Shown: positions 13,001 to 22,979 of the stretch, piece after piece | How the letters are laid out: each line of letters begins with the position of its first letter | Numbering within the stretch: position 1 is the first letter of the stretch | Source: Ranitomeya imitator | Taxonomy: Eukaryota | DNA: 64,000 bases | Direction: 5' to 3' | Assembly: GCF_032444005.1 (NCBI RefSeq) | Contig: NC_091282.1 | Span: 293,074,001-293,138,000, forward strand | Position numbers and translations under genes: made by a program | The notes under the pieces: model-generated | Database searches by the model: none | What the model saw: only the letters and a program-made list of their open reading frames with translations | Told to the model about the DNA's origin: nothing

Positions 13001-15700
13001 ACATGAGACTCCCAATCATCTGAGAAGATCAAAATGTCATCCAAGTAAACAATCAAGAATTTATCCAGATACACACGGAAAATGTCATGCATAAAAGACT
13101 GAAAAACAGATGGAGCATTGGCAAGTCCGAACGGCATCACCAGATACTCAAAATGACCCTCGGGCGTATTAAATGCCGTTTTCCATTCATCTCCCTGCCT
13201 GATTCTCACCAGATTATACGCACCACGAAGATCAATCTTAGTAAACCAACTAGCCCCCTTAATCCGAGCAAACAAGTCAGAAATCAATGGCAAGGGATAC
13301 TGAAACTTAACAGTGATCTTATTAAGAAGGCGGTAATCAATACACGGTCTTAGCGAACCATCCTTCTTGGCTACAAAAAAGAACCCTGCTCCCAATGGTG
13401 ACGACGATGGGCGAATATGTCCCTTCTCCAGGGACTCCTTCACATAACTGCGCATAGCGGTGTGTTCAGGTACGGACAAATTAAATAAACGACCCTTAGG
13501 GAATTTACTACCATGAATCAAATCGATAGCACAATCACAATTCCTATGCGGAGGTAGGGCATCAGACTTGGACTCTTCAAATACATCCTGAAAGTCCGAC
13601 AAGAACTCTGGGATGTCAGAAGGAATGGATGACGAAATAGACAAAAATGGAACATCACCATGTACTCCCTGACAACCCCAGCTGGTTACCGACATAGAGT
13701 TCCAATCCAATACTGGATTATGGGTTTGTAGCCATGGCAACCCCAACACGACCACATCATGCAAATTATGCAGTACCAGAAAGCGAATAACTTCCTGATG
13801 TGCAGGAGCCATGCACATGGTCAGCTGGGCCCAGTACTGAGGCTTATTCTTGGCCAAAGGTGTAGCATCAATTCCTCTCAACGGAATAGGACACCGCAAA
13901 GGCTCCAAGAAAAATCCACAACGTTTAGCATAATCCAAATCCATCAGATTCAGGGCAGCGCCTGAATCCACAAACGCCATGACAGAATACGATGACAAAG
14001 AGCACATTAAGGTAATGGACAAAAGGAATTTGGACTGTACAGTACCAATAACGGCAGAGCTATCGAACCGCCTAGTGCGTTTAGGACAATTAGAAATAGC
14101 ATGAGTAGAATCACCACAATAGAAACACAGTCTGTTCAGACGTCTGTGTTCTACTTTAGTCATAGTCCTGTCGCACTGCATAGGCTCAGGTTTACTCTCA
14201 GACAATACCGCCAGATGGTGCACAGATTTACGCTCGCGCAAGCGACGACCGATCTGAATGGCCAAGGACATAGACTCATTCAAACCAGCAGGCATAGGAA
14301 ATCCCACCATTACATCCTTAAGAGCTTCAGAGAGACCCTTTCTGAACAAAGCCGCTAGTGCAGATTCATTCCACAGAGTGAGTACTGACCACTTCCTAAA
14401 TTTCTGACAATATACTTCTACATCATCCTGACCCTGGCATAAAGCCAGCAGATTTTTCTCAGCCTGATCCACTGAATTAGGCTCATCGTAAAGCAATCCC
14501 AGCGCCTGGAAAAATGCATCAACATTACTCAATGCAGAATCTCCTGGTGCAAGAGAAAACGCCCAGTCCTGTGGGTCGCCGCGCAAAAAAGAAATAATAA
14601 TCAAAACCTGTTGAATAGGATTACCAGAAGAATGAGGTTTCAAGGCCAAAAATAGCTTACAATTATTTCTGAAGCTCAGGAACTTAGTTCTGTCACCAAA
14701 AAACAAATCAGGAATCGGAATTCTTGGTTCTAGCATCGATTTCTGATCAATAGTATCTTGAATCTTTTGTACATTTACAACGAGATTATCCATTGAGGAG
14801 CACAGAGCCTGAATATCCATGTCCACAGCTGTGTCCTGAAGCACTCTAATGTCTAGGGGAAAAAAAAGACTGAAGACAGAGCTAAGAAAAAAAAATGATG
14901 TCAGGATTTCTTTTTTCCCTCTATTGGGAATCATTGGTGGGGCTCCTTGTACTGTTATGGCTGGCAATCAGGCAACACAGCATGCAGTAATCAGCGCACA
15001 TACAGAGATCTGGCAATAACCAAAAACAATAGGACGAGCTCTGAGACGTGGAATCTCTGTAGACTGCAGTACCTGATCTATCCTCACACAACTATAAGCA
15101 GCAGTGGATTGCGCCTATCACTACCTATGCAACTCGGCACTGCCTGAGGAGCTGACTAGCCTGAAGATAGAAATACAAGCCTGACTTACCTCAGAGAAAT
15201 ACCCCAAAGGAATAGGCAGCCCCCCACATATAATGACTGTTAGCAAGATGAAAAGACAAACGTAGGAATGAAATAGATTCAGCAAAGTGAGGCCCGATAT
15301 TCTAGACAGAGCGAGGATAGCAAAGAGAACTATGCAGTCCACAAAAAACCCTAAAACGAAAACCACGCAAAGGGGCAAAAAGACCCACCGTGCCGAACTA
15401 ACAGCACGGCGGTGCACCCCTTTGCTTCTCAGAGCTTCCAGCAAAAGTTAATAGCAAGCTGGACAGAAAAAACAGAAAACAAACTAGAAGCACTTATCTA
15501 GCAGAGCAGCAGGCCCAAGGAAAGATGCAGTAGCTCAGATCCAACACTGGAACATTGACAAGGAGCAAGGAAGACAGACTCAGGTGGAGCTAAATAGCAA
15601 GGCAGCCAACGAGCTCACCAAAACACCTGAGGGAGGAAGCCCAGAGACTGCAATACCACTTGTGACCACAGAAGTGAACTCAGCCACAGAATTCACAACA
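10020..15700 (-). mobile_element. Gypsy chromovirus (sushi-like) LTR retrotransposon, copy 1
   Basis: 748-bp TG...CA LTRs at 10020-10767 and 14953-15700 that look identical by eye; PPT AAGGGGGGGG beside the 3' LTR; TSD ACCATC. Confidence 0.97.
10747..14820 (-). CDS. Gag-Pol polyprotein in one open frame (gag, CCHC knuckle, protease, RT, RNase H, integrase, chromodomain)
   Basis: [27 protein letters not shown]...TDH, HHCC, ISMDF...SDRG...E and KILDSR...YLVKWKGY motifs; likely start ATG (MDIQ) at 14820. Confidence 0.95.
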   Translation of the reverse strand: MDIQALCSSMDNLVVNVQKIQDTIDQKSMLEPRIPIPDLFFGDRTKFLSFRNNCKLFLALKPHSSGNPIQQVLIIISFLRGDPQDWAFSLAPGDSALSNVDAFFQALGLLYDEPNSVDQAEKNLLALCQGQDDVEVYCQKFRKWSVLTLWNESALAALFRKGLSEALKDVMVGFPMPAGLNESMSLAIQIGRRLRERKSVHHLAVLSESKPEPMQCDRTMTKVEHRRLNRLCFYCGDSTHAISNCPKRTRRFDSSAVIGTVQSKFLLSITLMCSLSSYSVMAFVDSGAALNLMDLDYAKRCGFFLEPLRCPIPLRGIDATPLAKNKPQYWAQLTMCMAPAHQEVIRFLVLHNLHDVVVLGLPWLQTHNPVLDWNSMSVTSWGCQGVHGDVPFLSISSSIPSDIPEFLSDFQDVFEESKSDALPPHRNCDCAIDLIHGSKFPKGRLFNLSVPEHTAMRSYVKESLEKGHIRPSSSPLGAGFFFVAKKDGSLRPCIDYRLLNKITVKFQYPLPLISDLFARIKGASWFTKIDLRGAYNLVRIRQGDEWKTAFNTPEGHFEYLVMPFGLANAPSVFQSFMHDIFRVYLDKFLIVYLDDILIFSDDWESHVKQVRIVFQVLRANSLFVKGSKCLFGVQKVSFLGFIFSPSTIEMDPVKVQAIQDWTQPTSLKSLQKFLGFANFYRRFICNFSSIARPLTDLTKKGADLVNWSSAAVEAFQELKRRFCCAPVLCQPDVSLPFQVEVDASEIGAGAVLSQRGSGCSVFKPCAFFSRKFSAAERNYDVGNRELLAMKWAFEEWRHWLEGAKHRVVVLTDHKNLTYLESAKRLNPRQARWSLFFARFDFVISYLPGSKNVKADALSRSFVPDSPGLSEPASILKEGVIVSAISPDLRRVLQKFQANKPDRYPAEKLFVPDRWTSKVISELHCSVLAGHPGIFGTRELVARSFWWPSLSRDVRAFVQSCGICARAKPCCSRASGLLLPLPVPKRPWTHISMDFISDLPVSQKMSVIWVVCDRFSKMVHLVPLVKLPSSSDLVPLFFQHVVRLHGIPENIVSDRGSQFVSRFWRAFCGRMGIDLSFSSAFHPQTNGQTERTNQTLETYLRCFVSADQDDWVSFLPLAEFALNNRASSATLVSPFFCNSGFHPRFSSGQVESSDCPGVDSVVDRLQQIWTQVVDNLTLSQEKAQLFANRRRRVGPRLRVGDLVWLSSRHIPMKVSSPKFKPRFIGPYRISEILNPVSFRLTLPDSFSIHNVFHRSLLRRYVAPMVPSVEPPAPVLVEGELEYIVEKILDSRVSRRKLQYLVKWKGYAQEDNSWVFASDVHAPDLVRAFHVAHPGRPGGSGEGSVTPSSRGGYCCEFCG

Positions 15701-16505
15701 ACCATCGTCTTAGCCAGTTGTTTGCATCAAGGATCCTGTTCCATCTCCTGGTGCCATGCCCGTCTACTGGAAGGATAGAAGAAAAAACTACCTGTGCATC
15801 CAGTTCCTTTACTTTCTTCCCCAACTCTTCAAAGTCCTTGCAGATTGTCGGTAGGTCCTTCCTTGCCGTGTCATTGGTGCCAACATGTATCAGAAGAAAT
15901 GGGTGGACGTCCTTGGAGCTGAAGAGCTTTGGTATCCTATCGGTCACATCCTTGATCATCGCACCTGGAAGGCAGCATACTTCTCTTGCAGTTATGTCCG
16001 GTCTGCAGATGGCTGCTTCTGTGCCTCTCAGTAGTGAGTCTCCCACCACCACCACTCTTCGTTGCTTCTTGGCTGTACTTTTTGCTGTCACTTGTTGCTG
16101 TGTGCCCTTTTCTTTTTTGCTTGCTGGTATTGCTTCATTCTTAGGTGTGCCATCTTCATCCTCTACAAAGATTTGATATCGGTTCTTCAGTTGTGTGGTT
16201 GGTGATTTCTCCATGGTCTTCTTGCTTCTTTTGGTCACATGCTTCCACTCATCTGCTTTTGGAGGTTCTCTGTCACTTTTTGCACCTTCTGTGACCAGTA
16301 GAGATGCTTCTGTTCTGTCTAGAAAGTCTTCATTCTCTTTGATGAGTTTCAAAGTTGCTATTCTTTCTTCCAGACCCCGCACCTTTTCTTCTAAAAGGGC
16401 CACTAGTCTACACTTCTGACAGGTGAAATTGGATTCTTCTTCTGGTCGATCTGTGAACATGTAGCACATGCTGCAGCTCACCATGTAGGTTGTCACATCT
16501 GCCAT
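15701..16505 (-). CDS. CR1 ORF1, N-terminal part (Cys-rich N-terminus plus SGNH-esterase-like domain); continues at 10013-9865
   Basis: CSMC...CQKC; GDSL, GTND and a later DGLH motif. Removing the Gypsy and one TSD copy rejoins NNWLRRW/CRQQG into a 317-aa frame. Confidence 0.88.
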
Positions 16506-18208
16506 GTTGCTCCTAGATCCTGCTGACTTGCTGTGTGTTTTCCTTCTTGTGTAATCTACTCAGCCAAGCTCTCTTGCAATAATGTCCTACAGGCAAAAAT
16601 TTGCGCGCCGTAAGGCGCGCGGTTTGGTGATGCTTTCGAAGCAGCTGGTCCCGGCTGTACCCAAAGATCTTCAAGAGGTAGTCACCGGGAATGGTTTTCA
16701 CTTCACAGGTGTGCCCTGTCAGGTTTAATAAGTGGAATTTCTTGCCTTATAACTGGGGTTGGGACCATCAGTTGTGTTGTGCAGAAGTCTGGTGGATACA
16801 CAGCTGATAGTCCTACTGAATAGACTGTTAGAATTTGGATTATGGCAAGAAAAAAGCAGCTAAGTAAAGAAAAACGAGTGGCCGTCATTACTTTAAGAAA
16901 TGAAGGTCAATCAGTCCGAAAAATTGGGAAAACTTTGAAAGTGTCCACAAGTGCAGTGGCAAAAACCATCAAGTGCTACAAAGAAACTGGCTCACTTGAG
17001 GACCGCCCCAGGAAAGGAAGACCAAGAGTCACCTCTGCTTCTGAGGATAAGTTTATCTGAGTCACCAGCCTCAGAAATTGCAGGTTAACAGCAGCTCAGA
17101 TTAGAGACCAGGTCAATGCCACACAGAGTTCTAGCAGCAGACACATCTCTACAACAACTGTTAAGGAGGAGACTTTGTGCAGCAGGCCTTCATGGTAAAA
17201 TAGCTGCTAGGAAACCACTGCTAAGGACAGGCAACAAGAAGAAGAGACTTGTTTAGGCTAAAGAACACAAGGAATGGACATTAGACCAGTGGAAATCTGT
17301 GCTTTGATCTGATGAGTCCAAATTTGAGATCTTTGGTTCCAAGCACCGTGTCTTTGTGTGACGCAGAAAAGGTGAATGGATGGACTCAACATGCCTGGTT
17401 CCCACCGTGAACCATGGAGGAGGAGGTGTGATGGTGTGGGGGTGCTTTGCTGGTGACACTGTTAAGGATTTATTCAAAATTGAAGGCATACTGAACCAGC
17501 ATGGCCACCACAGCATCTTGCAGCGGCATGCTATTTCATCCGGTTTGCGTTTAGTTGGACCATCATTTATTTTTCAACAGGACAATGACCTCAAACACAC
17601 CGCCAGGCTGTGTAAGGGCTATTTGACCAAGAAGGAGTGTGATGGGGTGCTACGCCAGATGACCTGGCCTCCACAGTCACCAGACCTGAACCCAATCGAG
17701 ATGGTTTGGGGTGAGCTGGACCGCAGAGTGAAGGCAAAAGGGCCAACAAGTGCTAAGCATCTCTGGGAACTCCTTCAAGATTGTTGGAAGACCAATCCCG
17801 GTGACTACCTCTTGAAGCTCATCAAGAGAATGCCAAGAGTGTGCAAAGCAGTTATTAAAGCAAAAGGTGGCTACTTTGAAGAACCTAGAAAATAAGACAT
17901 ATTTTCCGTTGTTTCACACTCTTTTGTTAAGTATATAATTCCACATGTGTTAATTCATAGTTTTGATGCCTTCAGTGTGAATGTACAATTTTCATAGTCA
18001 TGAAAATACAGAAAAATCTTTTAAGTGAGAAGGTGTGTCCAAACTTTTGGTCTGTACTGTAACCAATAAACCGTTAAATAGTTGGGTAAGATATAATTAT
18101 TACAATCACATGTAAATAAAACATATAAAGAATTTAGTTAAATTAAGCAATTATGGGTAAAATCTCTAACAAATTGAGAAAATATGTAAATTCTGAATTT
18201 AACATACC

Positions 18209-18273
18209 TTATGAGAGGAGAGAAATGAGAGCATCTAGAAATTTGCTTCGGTCTTCCGTCCTTAATTCAATTA
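18209..18273 (-). CDS. CDC45: CDC45 last coding exon (exon 18 equivalent), ending in TAA
   Basis: (I)IELRTEDRSKFLDALISLLS*; the stop is followed by one G (18208) and a GTATG donor. Exons 4-18 sum to 1506 nt in one frame. Confidence 0.96.
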
Positions 18274-18624
18274 CTAAATACGATGTAAACAAAAAAGTTT
18301 TTTATCATCATTAACCTTCTTGCAACTCCTAAAGTCCAAATTCACTATGAGCTTGAAAATACATTATTAGTTATCAGATCTATTCATGTGCTCAAGAATG
18401 AAAAGCAACTTCTCCAGAAGTCAACCCCCCACTACTTCCTCTCGGCTATTTTGCTGGTAAAATTCCAACCACTCAAAACATGTTAAGAGGGACATGGGTC
18501 ATACTGAACTAACAGTCTGACCTCATTAAAGCCACTGCAGCAGCTACTGTGCAGCCAGCCGCAATGCTTAATCTCAAAAGTTTGATCTAGAGCTCATAAT
18601 TCATCAAGAATGGTCTTCACTCAC

Positions 18625-18701
18625 TTGACATATCAAACTGATTGTGAAGTGTTCGAGAACTCGTACTCTCCGCAGCTTTCTCAAAGGCTCGACCAAAGAA
18701 A
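18625..18701 (-). CDS. CDC45: CDC45 coding exon (exon 17 equivalent, 77 bp)
   Basis: (N)[25 protein letters not shown](I); TAG acceptor and GTGAGT donor. Confidence 0.96.
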
Positions 18702-19302
18702 CTAGAGATAAAAAGGTTTAAAAAAAAAAAAAAAAAAGGTACATGAGTATTCCAGTAGCATTATGCATTTATGACCTTAAAAAATCAAAACTATAAATTT
18801 AAATATTACACAAACTCAAAGCCTACAGTATAGTGTACTGAAAAGTTACTAAACCATAAAATTAGTTACAAAAAAAGAAAAATTACAGTCAGAAGACTAA
18901 CATATACAATTGTTCTGTATTGAAAATGTTCATGATTAAGGATGCTTCTAAATTTAAACGTGTAGATCTACATTGTCTTTTGCAGAATGTTTTACAGGAT
19001 ATTCAATGTCGGAATTTTAACCTTTGTATTTTCTATTAAAAACATTTTTCTGCCCACCGTAAAGCTGGAATTTTGCCTTGCATACTGAAAAGTCCTGCAT
19101 ATAATGCCAGTTACTTGAGCGAGTGGTGAAGGCTGCTGCCGATTGGCTGCAGCGGTTATGTGATACAGATGTTGAGTGCAGAGGCGCAAGGCTGTTGCAG
19201 TAGGTAAGTATCTGGTGGTGGACACCCCCTTTTTTAAAAAGATAAGGAAACAATTCCTGTGTTCACAAAGGCTAATCTGTACCCCAAATAAAAGGATCTT
19301 AC

Positions 19303-19421
19303 TTCTTTTTGTCAGAACTCTCAACTTCTGGAGGAATTCCCACCATAATCACTGTCCCCTTCTCAATATCTAGCGGAGCAGCCAAGACCAGAGGGAGAAG
19401 CTTACATCGTTTGTTTTTAGT
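19303..19421 (-). CDS. CDC45: CDC45 coding exon (exon 16 equivalent, 119 bp)
   Basis: [39 protein letters not shown](N); TAG acceptor and GTAAG donor. Confidence 0.96.
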
Positions 19422-19695
19422 CTAATATTAAGAAAATCAAAATAGAACAGTCATTTTTATATAGAATAGTCATTTCAGACATGGATATTACAACATATTT
19501 GATAAACCATTCATCTTTTAAAACCAAAATTGAACATCCAGGGTGTGGAGACAAACAAATANNNNNNNNNNNNNNNNNNNNNNNNNNNNNNNNNNNNNNN
19601 NNNNNNNNNNNNNNNNNNNNNNNNNNNNNNNNNNNNNNNNNNNNNNNNNNNNNNNNNNNNNNNNNNNNNNNNNNNNNNNNNNNNNNNNNNNNNNN

Positions 19696-22036
19696 ACAAT
19701 CCCCACCCCACAAACTTTCACACCCTCGCAGAAATCTTAAACATCTTGACCTACATTCATTCTCTGAATCCCTCCTACCCCTCACAGGCATAAGTTCCTT
19801 ACACAATGCGGATGACGCTGCTGCTCTATATAACACCACAATAGCTGCAGCTTTGGAATCTGCTGCCCCACTTACACATACCAAAGCTCGCAAAATCAAC
19901 AGACAGCCCTGGCACACCAGCCTGACCAAAGAACTGAGGCGAGCTTCCAGGGCTGCTGAGCGCAGATGGAAAAGATCCCACTCCAACGAGCACTTCATCG
20001 CATTCAAACAGTCCCTCACTACTTTCAAGACCACACTCGCCACAACTAAACAAACGTACTTCTCATCTCTCATATCCTCTCTCTCTCACAACCCTAAACA
20101 GTTATTCAACACCTTCAATTCTCTCCTCCGTCCCCCAGCACCTCCTCCCTCCCCACTTATCTCCACTGAAGACTTTGCCTCATTTTTCAAGCAGAAGATT
20201 GATAGCATTAGAGACAGTTTTGGTCAACAACCCCCAGAGCCCTTCCTCCCGACTTCCCAGCCCTCCACCTCCAAAACCAACTTCTCCACCATTACAGAAG
20301 ATCAACTCTCCACTCTACTCTCAAGATCGCATCTCACCACCTGTGCACTTGACCCACTCCCATCCTACCTCATCCCAAACCTCACCAGTCTTCATCCCAA
20401 CCCTAACCCATCTCTTCAACCTATCACTAACAACTGGTGTTTTCCCCTCAAGCTTTAAACATGCCTCCATCACAACTATCCTCAAAAAGCCCTCTCTTGA
20501 CCCATCCTCTGTATCTAGCTATCGCCCTATATCACTTCTCCCCTATGCCTCCAAACTACTGGAACAACACATTTACCTTGAACTGTCCTCCCATCTCTCT
20601 TCTTGCTCCCTCTTTGACCGCCTACAATCTGGCTTCCGGTCACACCATTCCACCGAAACTGCCCTAACTAAAGTCACCAATGACCTCTTATCCGCCAAGA
20701 GCAAGCGACACTACTCTATCCTCCTCCTCCTCGACCTGTCGGCTGCCTTTGACACAGTGGACCATTCCCTATTATTACAAACCCTCTCATCCCTTGGCAT
20801 CGCAGACTTGGCCCTATCCTGGATCTCATCATACCTAACAGACAGGACATTCAGCGTCTCCCACTCACACACCACCTCCTCACCTCGCCCCTTATCTGTC
20901 GGAGTCCCACAAGGTTCAGTTCTTGGGCCCTTGCTCTTCTCCATTTACACCTTTGGCCTGGGACAGCTCATAGACTCTCATGGCTTTCAGTATCACCTCT
21001 ACATCTCTGGACCAGATATCACCTCCCTTCTAACCAGAATCCCTCAATGTCTGTCTGCTATTTCATCCTTCTCCACTAAATCTCTAAAACTTAACATGGA
21101 CAAAACAGAATTCATCATCTTTCCACCATCTCACACGACCCCCCCAACGAACCTATCCATTACAGTAAATGGCTGCCCACTCTCCCCAGTCCCACAAGCT
21201 CGCTGCCTCGGGGTAATCCTTGACGCTGATCTCTCCTTCAAACCACATATCCAAGCCCTTTCCACTTCCTGCCGCTTTCAACTCAAAAATATTTCACGAA
21301 TCCGTTCATTCCTCAACCATGAATCTGTAAAAACCCTAGTCCATGCCCTCATCATCTCTCGCCTTGACTACTGCAACCTCCTGCTCTGTGGCCTCCCCTC
21401 TAACACTCTCGCACCCCTCCAGTCTATTCTAAACTCTGCTGCCCGACTAATCCACCTGTCCCCCCGCTATTCCCCGGCCTCTCCCCTCTGTCAATCCCTT
21501 CACTGGCTCCCCATTGCCCAGAGACTCCACTACAAAACCCTAACCATGACATACAAAGCCATCCACAACCTGTCTCCTCCATACATCTGTGACCTCGTCT
21601 CCCGGTACTTACCTACACGCAACCTCCGATCCTCACAAGATCTCCTTCTCTACTCCCCTCTTATCTCCTCTTCTCACAATCGTATACAAGATTTCTCTCG
21701 CGTATCACCCCTACTCTGGAACCCTCTACCACAACACATCAGGCTCTCGCCTACCATCGAAACCTTCAAAAGAACCTGAAGACCCACCTCTTCAGACAAG
21801 CCTACAACCTGCAGTAACCACCGATCGACCAAACCGCTGCATGACCAGCTCTACCCTCACCTACTGTATTCTCACCCATCCCTTGTAGATTGTGAGCCTT
21901 CGCGGGCAGGGTCCTCATTCCTCCTGTACCAGTTATGACTTGTATTGTTTAAGATTATTGTACTTGTTTTTATTATGTTTACCCCTCCTCACATGTAAAG
22001 CGCCATGGAATAAATGGCGCTATAACAATAAATAAT

Positions 22037-22040
<4 letters not shown>
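19696..22040 (+). mobile_element. L2-clade LINE, left end at the gap, defective RT
   Basis: [39 protein letters not shown] motifs; frameshift near 20390; 3' stem-loop AGCGCCAT-GGAATAA-ATGGCGCT (21999-22021) and an AAT-rich tail. Confidence 0.9.

Positions 22041-22041
<1 letters not shown>

Positions 22042-22095
<54 letters not shown>
22042..22095. repeat. (TA)n microsatellite; others at about 4283-4324, 6105-6190 and 40032-40090
   Basis: Direct reading of the sequence. Confidence 0.95.
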
Positions 22096-22118
<23 letters not shown>

Positions 22119-22895
22119 CCAAAGGGAACTTTTGAACCCTTTTCAAGTGCAATTGACAGGAGGATATCCCTCAAGATTGAAGGAAGCATGGTTTCCCAGT
22201 CAACGGAAAGAAGTCTTTAGAGTAAGCACAGCCAAGGAAAAGCTCACAATTGAAGGAGAGCAGTGCACAGCCTTAAATTGGACAGTTTTAGAAAAGAACA
22301 CATTTAAAGAGCTGGAAATGCAGCAATCAGTCATGAAGTCAGGAAAGACCTCATCCTCTTTCTGACAGTAAACCGGCAATTGTCTTCCCAAGTTTATTTC
22401 AATTCAAATTCTGCTTGTCCTTCCCTCGCAGTTAGCCCAAAATTCTAATTCTTTTATGAAATAGCTTTTTACTCTTGCCCTTAACAGAACATTGAGGACA
22501 GTGTTATCTCCGTCTCCGTACCAGCCAGTCACACATTCAGCTATGTTTATTGTACTTGTATTTTGTGTTATGTATTAGGTTTGAAATAATAATAAAAATA
22601 TTCGAGGTTAGAGTGAATCAGAGCCATTAACTAAACAATGGTTATATGGTCACCTAGTATCTTTGCAATAGACAGGCATAGAAAAGGGTGACTATGGTTA
22701 TCAGTTTGCAAGAATGTTTGGACCTGCAAACAGTCAATGAGCGGGTTAGCTGCTGTTCAGACTACCTGACCAAAATAATATAGTCATCAAATGCTATACT
22801 CAATGTCACAGATGTGACATACATAACGTGCAAGTTAAAAATCTATAAGCCATATTTTTACATATTATTTGAAGTAACATCAAATATATACTCAC

Positions 22896-22979
22896 AGAAC
22901 TGACAAAGGATTTCAGCAAGTATTTGCAAAGCAGACTCAATGACACAGGTTTTGAAAACATCTTGACATCTGGAGTTCC
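22896..22979 (-). CDS. CDC45: CDC45 coding exon (exon 15 equivalent, 84 bp)
   Basis: [28 protein letters not shown]; TAG acceptor and GTGAG donor. Confidence 0.95.

Larger units (their letters stand above)
6840..16665 (-). mobile_element. Full-length CR1 LINE (about 4.14 kb without the nested Gypsy)
   Basis: 3' tail (GTAACATA)n on the plus strand at about 6840; ORF1 and ORF2 present; GATCTT at 6834-6839 and 16666-16671. Confidence 0.93.
6615..18059 (+). mobile_element. Tc1-like DNA transposon, DD38E type, defective, hosting a CR1 (which hosts a Gypsy)
   Basis: Long TIRs of about 270 bp (right end ...GGTCTGTACTG|TA; left outer end lost in the N gap). Transposase remnant 16842-17895 has stops and frameshifts, SDESKFE, and QQD-(38 aa)-E of SPDLNPIE. 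Confidence 0.88.
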
